Of a stretch of 64,000 nt of DNA, positions 27,464 to 37,984 are shown piece after piece. The stretch comes from Minisyncoccota bacterium. Its GTDB lineage: Bacteria > Patescibacteriota > Minisyncoccia > Phycocordibacterales > Phycocordibacteraceae. The notes beneath the pieces were generated by a model that was not told where the DNA came from, made no database searches, and saw nothing but the letters and a program-made list of their open reading frames with translations. The position numbers and the translations under genes are program-made. Positions within the stretch are counted from its first letter, which is position 1, and every line of letters begins with the position of its first letter. The DNA lies in the NCBI GenBank assembly GCA_022842945.1, contig JALHOO010000002.1, positions 103,180 to 167,179 on the forward strand, in the 5' to 3' direction.

Positions 27464-27525
27464 GACGCAGGTTCTATACAAAGAAAGCCCGCGTGCGCGG
27501 GCTTTCTTTGTATCAGTGTAGGCCC

Positions 27526-28653
27526 CTACGAACCAAATGGGTTCTTTGCGCCACGCACCTCAAAGTGGAGGTGGTACCCGGTGGACTGGCCGGTATTTCC
27601 AACCGTACCGATGTTCTGCCCACGTGAGACGCTCTGACCTATAGAAACAGCGTCGGTACTCATGTGTGCGTACAGGGTCTGAACACCGTTGCCGTGATCA
27701 ATAACGACGTAGTTTCCGTATCCGCCGTTCCAGCCCCCAACCTTGGAGACAATAACGGTACCCGCTGCAGCGGCATTAACCGCAGAGCCCTGAGGAGCCG
27801 CAAGGTCTACACCGTTCCACCCGTGAATGCCCTGAGAAAGTCTTCCGGCAGGAGCGGGGTTTGCAAAGGAGCCTGAAAGGGAGCCGTCTGAGGTGTTTCC
27901 GGTTGCCTTAACGGCACCGAGAGATCCTCCGGTCTTAATCTTTGCCGTTGCTGCAGGTGTCTTTGCCTTTGCTTTAGCAGCTGGAGCACTTGCGAGCTCG
28001 CCTCCAGGGATGATAACGGTAGCGCCCTTTGTAAGAGCCTCGGACGCTCCAAGACCATTATAGGAAGCGATCTCGTCACTATCTGAGCCGTAGCGCTTCG
28101 CGAGAGTGCTCAACGTCTCGCCAGAAGCAACCGTGTGGCGAATACCAGACACCGGAAGGATAACGAGGGTCATGCCCGGACGAACGGTTCCCTTAGCTGG
28201 AAGGTTGTTGGCCCAAAGAATGGTGTTCATGGACACATCGAACATGTCCGCGATACCGGAAAGGGAATCGCCCTCGCGAACCGTGTAGGTAGAAATGCGG
28301 CCACTGCCACGATTCTGATCAATGTCTGCAATGGTGCCGTCAGGACCGGTATAGGCAATGAGTGCCGAGCCATCGGTGGTATTAATGCCTCCACGACCCT
28401 TTGCCGGGTTCGGGTCAGGGTTAATTGCAGCAGCAAGAAGGTCAATACTGCTGTCATGCAGCATTGGAGTAGCAGAACCCGCATCCGATGCGTTGGTTAC
28501 GGTAAATGGCCAGAATGCGCCAGCGGCGCGTGGCATCAAAATGATTCCTATCCCCAGAAGGAGGCTTGCGGCGATTAAAGCGCCAGGAATCCAGTATGCA
28601 TCCCGTTCTCCTGCAGTAGCAGTGCGAACAGAAGGTCTCAGAGGGTCAGTTAT
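27526..28653 (-). CDS. LysM x2 plus M23 peptidase (start uncertain, possibly non-AUG)
   Basis: YTVREGDSLSGIA, HTVASGETL, HGWNGVD, YAHM, HLHFE. The hydrophobic signal stretch lies upstream of the first TTG/ATG. Confidence 0.88.
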   Translation of the reverse strand: MTDPLRPSVRTATAGERDAYWIPGALIAASLLLGIGIILMPRAAGAFWPFTVTNASDAGSATPMLHDSSIDLLAAAINPDPNPAKGRGGINTTDGSALIAYTGPDGTIADIDQNRGSGRISTYTVREGDSLSGIADMFDVSMNTILWANNLPAKGTVRPGMTLVILPVSGIRHTVASGETLSTLAKRYGSDSDEIASYNGLGASEALTKGATVIIPGGELASAPAAKAKAKTPAATAKIKTGGSLGAVKATGNTSDGSLSGSFANPAPAGRLSQGIHGWNGVDLAAPQGSAVNAAAAGTVIVSKVGGWNGGYGNYVVIDHGNGVQTLYAHMSTDAVSIGQSVSRGQNIGTVGNTGQSTGYHLHFEVRGAKNPFGS

Positions 28654-28885
28654 AGGGGAACCAGGGGATCTTCAGCGTTTCTTCAGAGTACAAAATGGCT
28701 TACCTAAGCCATTCTTGAGTTTCAGATGATCGGTCGATGAAGGTAGTATAAACGCTCCTGAGATAGGGTCAACCACCCGATAATGAGCCTGTTGAGAGTG
28801 GTTTCAGAGCATGAAAAGGACCGAAATCAAGGAACAGGCTCTTGCTTTTGGCGCATGCACGGCACCCAGGTATAGTAGGGAGAGC

Positions 28886-30793
28886 ATGCAACACCTCCAA
28901 GGCTTAAACGACGCACAAAAGGAGGCAGTGCTCACCACCTCAGGACCCGTTTCAGTACTCGCTGGAGCCGGATCAGGCAAAACCCGCGTTCTCACCACCC
29001 GCATATACCACCTTATTAAGGAAGGTGTTCCTGCAGACCGTATTCTTGCCGTTACCTTCACGAATAAAGCTGCCCGCGAGATGCGCGAACGCTTAACGCA
29101 CCGCCTCGGGGATGGCCCTCTCCCGTTTGTGGCAACGTTCCACGGTCTTGGTCGCGAGCTCCTTCAGCGATACGGCACGCGTATAGGCATTCCAAAGTAC
29201 TTCACTATATTTGACCGCGACGACTCGAAGGCGGCTATTCGCCAGGTGCTCAAAGAGATGGATATTGATCCGAAGGAGATGAATCCAAACTTTGTGCTCT
29301 CACGTATCTCGAAAGAGAAGGGGGAAGGGTCCACACCTGCAGAGTTCCGCGACAAATATGCACAGAAAAGTTTCCAGTCTCGTGTTATCGCAGAGGTCTG
29401 GCCGCGGTATGAAGCTATTGTACGCAAAGAGAAGGCGCTTGATTTTGATGATCTCATCTCTCTACCGGTTAGCCTCCTGCGTGATCATGAGGACATACGT
29501 CGCGAAGCAGAGCAGCTCTACAGCCATGTACACGTAGACGAGTTTCAAGACACCAATGGTCTGCAAGGGAAGCTCGCGGGATATCTTTCTGCAGTACATA
29601 ACAATCTGTTTGTTGTGGGAGATATCGATCAGACCATCTACACCTGGCGCGGAGCGACAATCGAAAACCTACTCGGATTCGAAGAGAAGTATGCAGACGC
29701 AAAGACCATCGTCCTTGCGCACAACTACCGCTCCACGAAGACCATCGTTGCAGCCGGGAACCAGATCATCGAAAAGAACCAGAACCGCAAGGACAAGCAC
29801 GCGGTTACAGATAATCCAGACGGGGAACCTATACGTCTGCACGTCGCACGCAATGCAGAGAGCGAAGCTCGATGGGTGGCGCGCGAAACAAAGAAGGCCG
29901 TGCTTGCGGGCACCGCTCCTGAAGAGATAGCCGTGTTGTTCCGTACAAACTTCCAGTCCCGCGCACTTGAAGAAGCATTCTTGAGCGAGAACATCCCATA
30001 CAAGGTTCTCGGTACGCGCTTCCTCGACCGTAAAGAAGTGAAGGATGTGCTCGCGTGGGTACGTCTTGCGCTTGATTCTGAGAGGGAAGTAGACCGAGTT
30101 CGTGCGGTGCAATCGCCAACACGCGGTATTGGAAAGGTAACGCTCGGCAAACTCATAGACGGAAGACGCGACGAGTTGAAGCCTGCAGAACGTACTAAAG
30201 TAGCGGCGTTTGAAGCAATAGTTACCGAGCTTAACGAACTTTCAAAGATTGCGATTCCGTCTGAGTTCGTAAAGCTTGTTATTGAAAAGTCTGGTATTGC
30301 GAGCGCTCTCCAGAAGGGCGGGGAGGAGGATATGGAGCGACTTGAGAACGCAAAGGAGCTTGCCACACTCGCAAGTCGCTACGACGGCATGCCCGGAGAA
30401 GAAGGTATCTCAGCATTCCTTGCAGAGTCGGCACTCGCCGGAGACCAGGACGAGCTCGATGCTCCAGGAAAGAGCGGCGCAACCCTCATGACGGTACACG
30501 CAGCAAAGGGGCTTGAGTTCGATACGGTATTTGTAACCGGCATGGAGGAGGGATTGTTCCCGCACGAAGCGAGGGAAGGGGAGAAGCGGGACGAAGAGGA
30601 AGAGCGCCGTTTGTTCTATGTAGCGGTTACACGCGCAAAACGCAGGCTCAATCTCTCACTCGCAACCGTGCGCCGCATCTACGGCACCGACTTTGCGAGC
30701 GAACCATCCTCATTCATCCGCGACATTGATGAGGGACTTATAACCTTCTCGGAAGGGGAGGATCTGTACGGAGAGCGTACGATATACATCTAG
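28886..30793 (+). CDS. uvrD: UvrD/PcrA helicase
   Basis: LAGAGSGKT, TFTNKAA, VDEFQD, TVHAAKGLEF, EERRLFYVAVTRA. Confidence 0.95.
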   Translation: MQHLQGLNDAQKEAVLTTSGPVSVLAGAGSGKTRVLTTRIYHLIKEGVPADRILAVTFTNKAAREMRERLTHRLGDGPLPFVATFHGLGRELLQRYGTRIGIPKYFTIFDRDDSKAAIRQVLKEMDIDPKEMNPNFVLSRISKEKGEGSTPAEFRDKYAQKSFQSRVIAEVWPRYEAIVRKEKALDFDDLISLPVSLLRDHEDIRREAEQLYSHVHVDEFQDTNGLQGKLAGYLSAVHNNLFVVGDIDQTIYTWRGATIENLLGFEEKYADAKTIVLAHNYRSTKTIVAAGNQIIEKNQNRKDKHAVTDNPDGEPIRLHVARNAESEARWVARETKKAVLAGTAPEEIAVLFRTNFQSRALEEAFLSENIPYKVLGTRFLDRKEVKDVLAWVRLALDSEREVDRVRAVQSPTRGIGKVTLGKLIDGRRDELKPAERTKVAAFEAIVTELNELSKIAIPSEFVKLVIEKSGIASALQKGGEEDMERLENAKELATLASRYDGMPGEEGISAFLAESALAGDQDELDAPGKSGATLMTVHAAKGLEFDTVFVTGMEEGLFPHEAREGEKRDEEEERRLFYVAVTRAKRRLNLSLATVRRIYGTDFASEPSSFIRDIDEGLITFSEGEDLYGERTIYI

Positions 30794-30794
30794 T

Positions 30795-31574
30795 ATGGTC
30801 TTCGCTAAAAAATCCCTCGGACAGAACTTCCTGATGCATAAGCAGACCGCTGCGCGCATCGTTGGGGCAGCGAACCTTGAGAAGAACGCTCTTGTACTTG
30901 AGGTTGGTCCGGGCACCGGCATGTTAACTAAAGAACTTCTGAAAGCGGGCATGCGCGTTATTGCCGTTGAGGCAGACTACACACTTATACCGGAACTTGA
31001 AGCGAGGTTCATTAAGGAGATCGAAGAGGGGAGACTCACACTCAAGAGTGCAGACATCCGTTCATTTGATACCGGCACCATTACGGAGCCATACGCACTC
31101 GTAGCCAATATTCCGTACTACATAACCGGCGAGATTATTCGCCAGTTCCTTACGGCCCCTAACCAACCTCAGTCCATGACCCTGCTTGTGCAGAAGGAAG
31201 TGGCCGAGCGCATAGCCCGAAGCAAGAAGGAAAGCCTCCTTTCTTTGTCCGTTAAGGTGTACGGGGAGCCTAGCTACTGCTTTACCGTGCCTCGCGGTGC
31301 GTTCGTCCCGGCACCGAATGTAGACTCTGCTGTTCTGCATATACAGGACATTTCGAGGAACTCTTTCTCAAGCGGGGAAGAAGAGGACCGATTCTTCGAA
31401 GTTATACGTGCAGGGTTCGCGCACAAGAGAAAGCGCCTTGCGAAGAATCTAGAGGAGCATTGGTCTAGAGAGGCGGTGACGAGTGCATTTAGCGCAGCCG
31501 GACTTGATACGAATGCACGCTCAGAAGATCTTACACTCGCGCACTGGAATACCGCTGTGAAGACGCTGAGTTAA
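30795..31574 (+). CDS. rsmA: 16S rRNA adenine dimethyltransferase
   Basis: KKSLGQNFL, EVGPGTG, ANIPYYIT, PAPNVDS. Confidence 0.96.
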   Translation: MVFAKKSLGQNFLMHKQTAARIVGAANLEKNALVLEVGPGTGMLTKELLKAGMRVIAVEADYTLIPELEARFIKEIEEGRLTLKSADIRSFDTGTITEPYALVANIPYYITGEIIRQFLTAPNQPQSMTLLVQKEVAERIARSKKESLLSLSVKVYGEPSYCFTVPRGAFVPAPNVDSAVLHIQDISRNSFSSGEEEDRFFEVIRAGFAHKRKRLAKNLEEHWSREAVTSAFSAAGLDTNARSEDLTLAHWNTAVKTLS

Positions 31575-31641
31575 TGCACACACCTTATATAGGTTCGTGA
31601 AGGGAGCGTGAGCCTGCGTGCTATTATTTTGGTACTGAAAT

Positions 31642-32640
31642 ATGGCTCATTCTACCCGCACACTCCGCATCGGCATCGCTTCATTAGTAGCTATCGTTAT
31701 GGTTGGGGGAACCTTCGCACTCACTGGTCCTGATCCTCTGTTTGGTCTTGGTCGCGTTGCTGAAGCGCAGTCTTCGGAAGAGCTCTTGCGTGAATATGCT
31801 GCTAAAGATACGGACTCTGACAGTCTCCCGGACTGGCAGGAGTCGCTCTATGGGACAGACCCAACAAACCCGGAGTCGTTCCAGGCAGGCATCAAGGACG
31901 GGGATGCGGTTGCACAGGGGCTCATTCAGCCGAAGGTTGCAGTACGCGAGGAAGGCGAGATGACGGATATCGAGACTATCCCAGGAACTACTGCGGCCCC
32001 GAACTCTCTCACAGACCGCTTTGCACAAACACTTCTCAAGCAGTACCTCCAGAACAGGGGAGAGACGCCGCCAACGAGCGCGGAGATTGTTGCGTTTGTT
32101 GAGGCGGGCATTCAGAACCTCGTTGCAGAAAGCGACTCATCCGCTCGCTATGCACTTGCTGACGTGCGGCTGTCTGGAGAGACAGGAACCATTGGACTCC
32201 AGTCCTACGCTGCACAGATGGAAAGTGCATTTGCACGCAACACGGTTGCCGCGAACCGGAACGAGCTTTCCTACTTCTCTGACGCACTTAGCGGAGACAC
32301 GGCTTCTCTCAAGAAGATTGGGGAGATTAGCCAAGCATACAAGAACATCGCGTCTGCACTCATCACAGTACCGGTTCCAAGCGAAGCCCGTCAGGCACAT
32401 CTTTCAATTGCTAACGCGCTCGTACACATGAGTGAGACAAGTGCAGACATGGCAGCCATGGAAACAGATCCGCTTCGCGCACTTATGGGCATCGGACTCT
32501 ACGAGAAGTACGCAACAGAGCTCGTTGCAGGATTCTCTAACCTGCACGGCGTATTTTCTGCACAACAAGTGTCTGTGCCACAGGGAACTGTTGGGTATCA
32601 AGTTATTAAAACAGCGGCAGATGCCGCCGCAAGCAATTAG
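31642..32640 (+). CDS. Membrane-anchored protein with Ca-binding TSP3-like motif
   Basis: KDTDSDSLPDWQESLYGTDP; N-terminal TM. Confidence 0.75.
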   Translation: MAHSTRTLRIGIASLVAIVMVGGTFALTGPDPLFGLGRVAEAQSSEELLREYAAKDTDSDSLPDWQESLYGTDPTNPESFQAGIKDGDAVAQGLIQPKVAVREEGEMTDIETIPGTTAAPNSLTDRFAQTLLKQYLQNRGETPPTSAEIVAFVEAGIQNLVAESDSSARYALADVRLSGETGTIGLQSYAAQMESAFARNTVAANRNELSYFSDALSGDTASLKKIGEISQAYKNIASALITVPVPSEARQAHLSIANALVHMSETSADMAAMETDPLRALMGIGLYEKYATELVAGFSNLHGVFSAQQVSVPQGTVGYQVIKTAADAAASN

Positions 32641-32643
32641 CCT

Positions 32644-34068
32644 ATGAACCGCACTTCACATACCCCCCACGCAAAGAAGTTCGCCGCAGGTGCACTTATG
32701 TTTGTGTGTTTGGTTGGTGTTTCAATTCCGCACAAGGCTGAGGCTCAATTTACTGACGCACTTAACCTCGTCCAGAACACTATTCAGGCAGTGTTCAGTT
32801 CTGGAGAGAATGTTAAGGAGTATGTGTTCGATGCGCTCGCATGGCAGGTTGCGAACATGGCCATTGAGTCTATTACAAAGAGCACCGTTAACTGGATTAA
32901 CTCCGGCTTCCAGGGATCTCCTGCATTCGTTACAGATCTGAACGAGAACCTTCGAGGGGTGGGGGATGCGGTTGCCGCCCGCTTCTTTGACGAGCTCTCT
33001 GCACAGACCATTGCTGATACTCCATTCCAGGACAAGGTTCTCGACAGCGTTCGTCTCGCATACTACCTCCGCACCAGTCCTGAATCTTTCTACACACGCA
33101 ATCCGTACACCTTGAATCAGGTTAGTGCGAACGATCGTGCATTCCTTCAAGGAGACTTCAACCAGGGAGGCTTCAATGCCTGGTTCGCAACCGTGATGAA
33201 TCCGCAGAACAATCCGTACGGCGCGCAGATGCTTGCGAACGAAGCACTTGAGAACGCAGTTGCGGGCGCAACAGGTAACCGCCTTGAGGAGCTTTCATGG
33301 AACCGTGGATTCCTTTCATGGAGAGGGGATTGTGCAGTATCAGACGAGACGGACACCATATCACTCACCGGAGCAGACCCGTGTGTGGAGTACAACATCG
33401 ACACGCCAGGGTCCGTTATCATGGAGCAGCTCAACAGCCAGCTTGGTGTTGGTGTGGAGCGTCTTGTCTCTGCTGACGAGTTCAACGAGATCATCGGTGC
33501 ACTCTTGAACCAGCTCGCAAGCCAGGTGCTTGGCGGAGGCAGTGGGGGACTACGCGGTGTGTCGCGTCCTTCAACCGGAGGCGGAGGTTCGTTCCTTGAT
33601 ACAGCGTCCGGTTCTTCTACGGGAAGCGGTGCGGCTATTAGCCGAACATTCTCTTCAACTATAACGAACCAGATTGCACGCATCGATGCATACCGTGCTT
33701 CGTGGGAGAAGATTCGTACTGCAGCAGAGGCAGCACGGCAGCAGTGTGCGAATAACAGCGCGGCGCAGGATGTACTTAACCGCGCAGCTGTTGCTCTAAC
33801 GAAGGCCGCGAATGCGCGGGCAGCACTTCAGGCGATTGAAACCAAGCTTGCTGAGAGCGCGGCGCAGGGAGGAGACAGAACACTGGATCTCCTTGATATC
33901 TCGAACGAGTACAACGAACTCACCGCCTCCGGCGTTCTTCCATCTGCAGAGGAGATTGCAGAGGCACAGAACGAGTCACAGGATACGGGAGACACAGAAC
34001 CAGGTTCGCTATATAGCCAGATGAAGCGTGCATCGTCTGGAAGTTGTAGCGCTAACTCGGGCAACTAG
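32644..34068 (+). CDS. Secreted hypothetical protein of the secretion locus
   Basis: Signal peptide (KAEA), VNWINSGFQGSPAFV, C-terminal helical region. Confidence 0.75.
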   Translation: MNRTSHTPHAKKFAAGALMFVCLVGVSIPHKAEAQFTDALNLVQNTIQAVFSSGENVKEYVFDALAWQVANMAIESITKSTVNWINSGFQGSPAFVTDLNENLRGVGDAVAARFFDELSAQTIADTPFQDKVLDSVRLAYYLRTSPESFYTRNPYTLNQVSANDRAFLQGDFNQGGFNAWFATVMNPQNNPYGAQMLANEALENAVAGATGNRLEELSWNRGFLSWRGDCAVSDETDTISLTGADPCVEYNIDTPGSVIMEQLNSQLGVGVERLVSADEFNEIIGALLNQLASQVLGGGSGGLRGVSRPSTGGGGSFLDTASGSSTGSGAAISRTFSSTITNQIARIDAYRASWEKIRTAAEAARQQCANNSAAQDVLNRAAVALTKAANARAALQAIETKLAESAAQGGDRTLDLLDISNEYNELTASGVLPSAEEIAEAQNESQDTGDTEPGSLYSQMKRASSGSCSANSGN

Positions 34069-34070
34069 AT

Positions 34071-36674
34071 ATGCAGAAGCTCCTACGAGCGTCACTTCTT
34101 GTAGCGACTCTGTCGGTGCTTTTGTTTGTGAGTGGGCATGGCGCTGTCAGTGCGCAGACCCCACCTCCTGCTCCTGACCCCACACCCACACTTGAAGATA
34201 AAGGGCAGGCCGGAGCGTACGACCAAAGTGCTGTTGCGAGACTGCGGGATGCTTGTTTCGCGGCTAATGGTGGTGATCGGATTGGGTGTGCTGTTGAAAA
34301 CAGCCCTGCAGGCGGAAGTACTTCGTGTGAAGCCGTTGGCTTGTTGCCGCCAAGAATCAGGTGCGAGGCTAAGTTCCCTGATGGCAGCAGGATCATCTCT
34401 CAACAAGGAATATCCAACTCCTGGGTAAACAGTTATTACGGCTCACCCGAAGACGATGATCCGCTGGTACGCGACCCAGGACTAGGGGATGACGTAGGTG
34501 ACGAAGAGGATGTTGCAGCCGTTACAAATGTTGGCAGGTCTTGTACGGAAGGGGATGTTGTTAGTTGTCTCCGAAATCTGCCTGGGATGCTCTTTACTGG
34601 AATCGCGTTTCTTTTTCTTACGCTCTCCGGGTTTGTTCTGGGACTTGCGGGCACCGTCTTTAACTGGGTTGTTATACGAACCGTATTCCAATTCGGAACA
34701 TACTTTGGCACCAACGAAGGCATGCTCATAGCGTGGGGAGTTATGCGAGATGTTGCAAACATTGGTCTTCTGTTCGGGTTCATTCTCATGGGGGTTCTTC
34801 TCATACTGAATGTTGAAGGCGGCGGAGGGCACGGCCATGGCGGAGGGATGAGTGCAAAGAAGGCGATTCCTCGCTTGATTATCTTTGCTGTTCTTCTTAA
34901 CTTCAGTCTCTTTGCTTCTCAACTTGTTATCGATGTAGCAAACGCATTCAGCTCTAGCTTTGCAACACTCGCAGGAGAATCTTGTTCGACAAATACTTCG
35001 ACCGGAACAAATGCTGACAATAGTGCGCAAGACAACGATGCCTGCGCAAACATTGGTATTGCGGGACAGGTACTTAAGGTAACAGGCCTAACGGCATTGT
35101 GGGACACAGAGGCTCTTGATATAGAGACGGGAATGAAGAATCTTGTTGATCGACCGTACTCCTACGCTGTGTCGCTCATCATGCTTTCCATATTTGTGCT
35201 CATAACCGCAATGGTGCTTCTTGCTGGTGCAATTATGCTCATCATTCGTGTAGTTATTCTGTCATTGCTCATGGTTACCTCGCCAGTTGGATTTGCTGGT
35301 ATGGCGATACCAAAGCTTCAAGGTATAGCTACGATGTGGTGGAGCAAGCTCATGTCACAAGCATTCTTTGCGCCGGTCTACCTTCTCCTCATATTCATCA
35401 GCATCAAGCTGACCGAGGGCCTAACAGAAGGGAACGCGACTCTTGCGAACGCACTTATTGCTAATGAGGGCAATTCAGTAGCGGGAAACATGCAGGTGGT
35501 TATGGTGTTCCTGATTGTTATTGGATTCATGATCGGCTCGCTTATTGCTGCTACGAAGATGGGAGCAATGGGCGCAAGCTTCGCAACAAATGCCGCGAGC
35601 GCTCTTGCGTTCGGAGCAGTCACTCGTGGTGCAAACTTTACGACCGGAGGGGCAGCGTACGGACTAAGACGCATCCAGCAGAAAACCGGTTTTGGGGGAC
35701 GTGTAGGTGAAGTGATGGTAAATCGTGGCCTGCGTCCGTTAGAGAAAGCGAATCTTGACCTGCGACGCATTCCAGGAATGGCCGGAGGTCTTGGTGCTGC
35801 AGGCATATCAGCAGGAGCTAAGGCAGCGGAACATGCGACATATGCCGATATTGCACATCAGTTCTCTGACATAAAAGCAGGCAAGGAAGGACAGAAGCTT
35901 CACGAAGAATACGATCAGGAGAAGAAGAATATGATGCTTGAAGACAATGCGCATCATGGCGGAATGACTTCAGATGACAAGGCACACCTTGCTTCCCTAT
36001 CTACGAAGGAACTTGAGCAGCTTCATGGAGTCAAGGAGGGCGTACAGCAGCTTGCAGAGAATTTGAGTCCTGAACAGTTTGAGAACCTAATGAAGAGCGA
36101 CAAGCTTACAGATATCGAGAAGGGGACCCTTAAGTCTGGTCGCTTCTCGTCCTTGAATGAGGCGGCTGCATCTGGCCGCGGAGCAGACGTGAAGAATCTA
36201 ATGAAGACCATGAGCAAGAAGGATCTTGAGAACGCGCCGAATGGCGTACTCCTACAGCCGCTTGTTCTCGAGAATCTTTCTGATCAGCAGCGTGAGGACC
36301 TTGTTAAGAGCGACAAGCGAACACCAGCCGAAAAGGCTGCCATAAAGGCTTCGTACGCAAACGAGGTTCTGAAAACAGTCTTTACAGGGGCAGGTGGTGG
36401 TGCAGCAGGGGCGGCAGCAGTCATCGCACACCCAAAGTATGGTTCTGTGTCTACAGCTCAGTTCGCTGAACTTGGTGTTGATATACTTCAGCAGTCATCT
36501 ATTGCCCAGAACATTCCGGTATCGGTACTTGAAAAGATTGTTAAGGACAATAAGTTGAGTCCTGCGGAGATGAAGCTTGTTGGAGCACAGATGGAGGCAG
36601 CCGTCGCAGCGGGCACAGCCTCAGCTGGAGTAAGAGGATATATGGCAAGTCCTAAGGGAGATTTCTGGAGGTAA
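34071..36674 (+). CDS. VirB6/TrbL-like polytopic membrane protein
   Basis: WGVMRDVANI, LLNFSLF, RVVILSLLMVTSP, WWSKL; extended N- and C-termini. Confidence 0.7.
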   Translation: MQKLLRASLLVATLSVLLFVSGHGAVSAQTPPPAPDPTPTLEDKGQAGAYDQSAVARLRDACFAANGGDRIGCAVENSPAGGSTSCEAVGLLPPRIRCEAKFPDGSRIISQQGISNSWVNSYYGSPEDDDPLVRDPGLGDDVGDEEDVAAVTNVGRSCTEGDVVSCLRNLPGMLFTGIAFLFLTLSGFVLGLAGTVFNWVVIRTVFQFGTYFGTNEGMLIAWGVMRDVANIGLLFGFILMGVLLILNVEGGGGHGHGGGMSAKKAIPRLIIFAVLLNFSLFASQLVIDVANAFSSSFATLAGESCSTNTSTGTNADNSAQDNDACANIGIAGQVLKVTGLTALWDTEALDIETGMKNLVDRPYSYAVSLIMLSIFVLITAMVLLAGAIMLIIRVVILSLLMVTSPVGFAGMAIPKLQGIATMWWSKLMSQAFFAPVYLLLIFISIKLTEGLTEGNATLANALIANEGNSVAGNMQVVMVFLIVIGFMIGSLIAATKMGAMGASFATNAASALAFGAVTRGANFTTGGAAYGLRRIQQKTGFGGRVGEVMVNRGLRPLEKANLDLRRIPGMAGGLGAAGISAGAKAAEHATYADIAHQFSDIKAGKEGQKLHEEYDQEKKNMMLEDNAHHGGMTSDDKAHLASLSTKELEQLHGVKEGVQQLAENLSPEQFENLMKSDKLTDIEKGTLKSGRFSSLNEAAASGRGADVKNLMKTMSKKDLENAPNGVLLQPLVLENLSDQQREDLVKSDKRTPAEKAAIKASYANEVLKTVFTGAGGGAAGAAAVIAHPKYGSVSTAQFAELGVDILQQSSIAQNIPVSVLEKIVKDNKLSPAEMKLVGAQMEAAVAAGTASAGVRGYMASPKGDFWR

Positions 36675-36679
36675 TATCT

Positions 36680-37402
36680 ATGGCACGATTCACACAAGAA
36701 CAACTTTTGGAAGCATATCGAAGGGCGCCAGAGGCGATTCAGGATACCTATGGCAGCGAACTAATGGCTGGTGTAATTAACGACATTAAGACGAGATTTC
36801 GCTTACACGTAGATGTGGTTGGCAGTATTGAGAGGGAGGTGGGATATCTCATGCTGGGACTGATTAGCCCTGCGGAGTTCTTTGGTAGCCTTATGCTTTC
36901 AGGGACAGACGAGCAGTCCGCTAGAGGAATTATGGAGGAGGTGAACCAGCGAATCTTTATTCCGCTCAAGAGGAGAATGTCAGGAGTGACGCAGGCTCCT
37001 GTAATGGAAGGGACGTATGCGAACACTCCCGAGAGACCTGTGCGAGAGCCTGCAGTACCAACGCCGGCACTTGATTATGAAGCCCCCGCAACCCTTCCAG
37101 GATCACCAGTGGCGGCCCCAATGCCTTTGGCAGTAAGCACGCCTCCTTCTGTGGTGGTTTCTGAGTCCTCACCAATCTCTATGGAGGCCCCGAAAGTGAC
37201 ACCCGCCGCCGAAACAACGGGTTCGCCTGCCCCTGCAGGCAATGTTGCGAACAATACTTATACTCCACCGACTTTTATCGCATCTCCTGCAGCACCCAGA
37301 GCGAGCGCTCCCGTACAGCCGGTTTCAGTGCCAGTCCAACCAAAGCCAGAAAGTCCCCTTAAGAAAGAAGGTTGGGCAGATCCATATCGTGAACCGATAT
37401 AA
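36680..37402 (+). CDS. Hypothetical protein ending DPYREPI
   Basis: 240-aa ORF in the operon, Pro-rich tail. Confidence 0.75.
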   Translation: MARFTQEQLLEAYRRAPEAIQDTYGSELMAGVINDIKTRFRLHVDVVGSIEREVGYLMLGLISPAEFFGSLMLSGTDEQSARGIMEEVNQRIFIPLKRRMSGVTQAPVMEGTYANTPERPVREPAVPTPALDYEAPATLPGSPVAAPMPLAVSTPPSVVVSESSPISMEAPKVTPAAETTGSPAPAGNVANNTYTPPTFIASPAAPRASAPVQPVSVPVQPKPESPLKKEGWADPYREPI

Positions 37403-37446
37403 AATCACTAGTTTGAAACGCGCTTAGGTCCTGCTACTATTTTAGT

Positions 37447-37920
37447 ATGTCTGAGAACCCTCCCCGAACCTTACCTAACGAACCCGGTGAACAGATGGTG
37501 GAGGCGAACAATCCAGAATCTTCAGGAGAGAACAGTGGCGATTCGCAAGAAACAGGCCCGCAGCCAGGAACATCTGTCGCAGAAACCATCCTCGCTGATG
37601 AGCGCGAGGCCATAGCGCAGGGTCGCCGCGCTGAGACCCTAGAGAATCTTAGGAGGCACGCGGATGCTTCGCCGCGAGCGGAGGAAACTAATCCTGGTAG
37701 TACCACCCATACAACAAGGGCACCCGCTGCTGTTCATAAGCAGGGCGGGCGTATTGGTGCTTCGGTACTAGGCACCGGCAAGAATATTTTTGCACTCTTT
37801 GGCCTGTTCGGCTCATGGATCTTAATGGCTCTCAAAGGCGCAGGGGCCATGGCAGGCAAAGGAGGCGGCGGAGGTGGTGGTCACGCCAAGAAGGATGATC
37901 ACGGGGGCGGACATCATTAG
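37447..37920 (+). CDS. Hypothetical protein with Gly/His tail
   Basis: 157-aa ORF; TGCTACTAT 6 nt before the ATG. Confidence 0.65.
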   Translation: MSENPPRTLPNEPGEQMVEANNPESSGENSGDSQETGPQPGTSVAETILADEREAIAQGRRAETLENLRRHADASPRAEETNPGSTTHTTRAPAAVHKQGGRIGASVLGTGKNIFALFGLFGSWILMALKGAGAMAGKGGGGGGGHAKKDDHGGGHH

Positions 37921-37984
37921 CGTCCACAGTACGAACGTGAGGAATTTAGCAGTCGGCGAGAACCGACTGCTATACTTATAGGTA

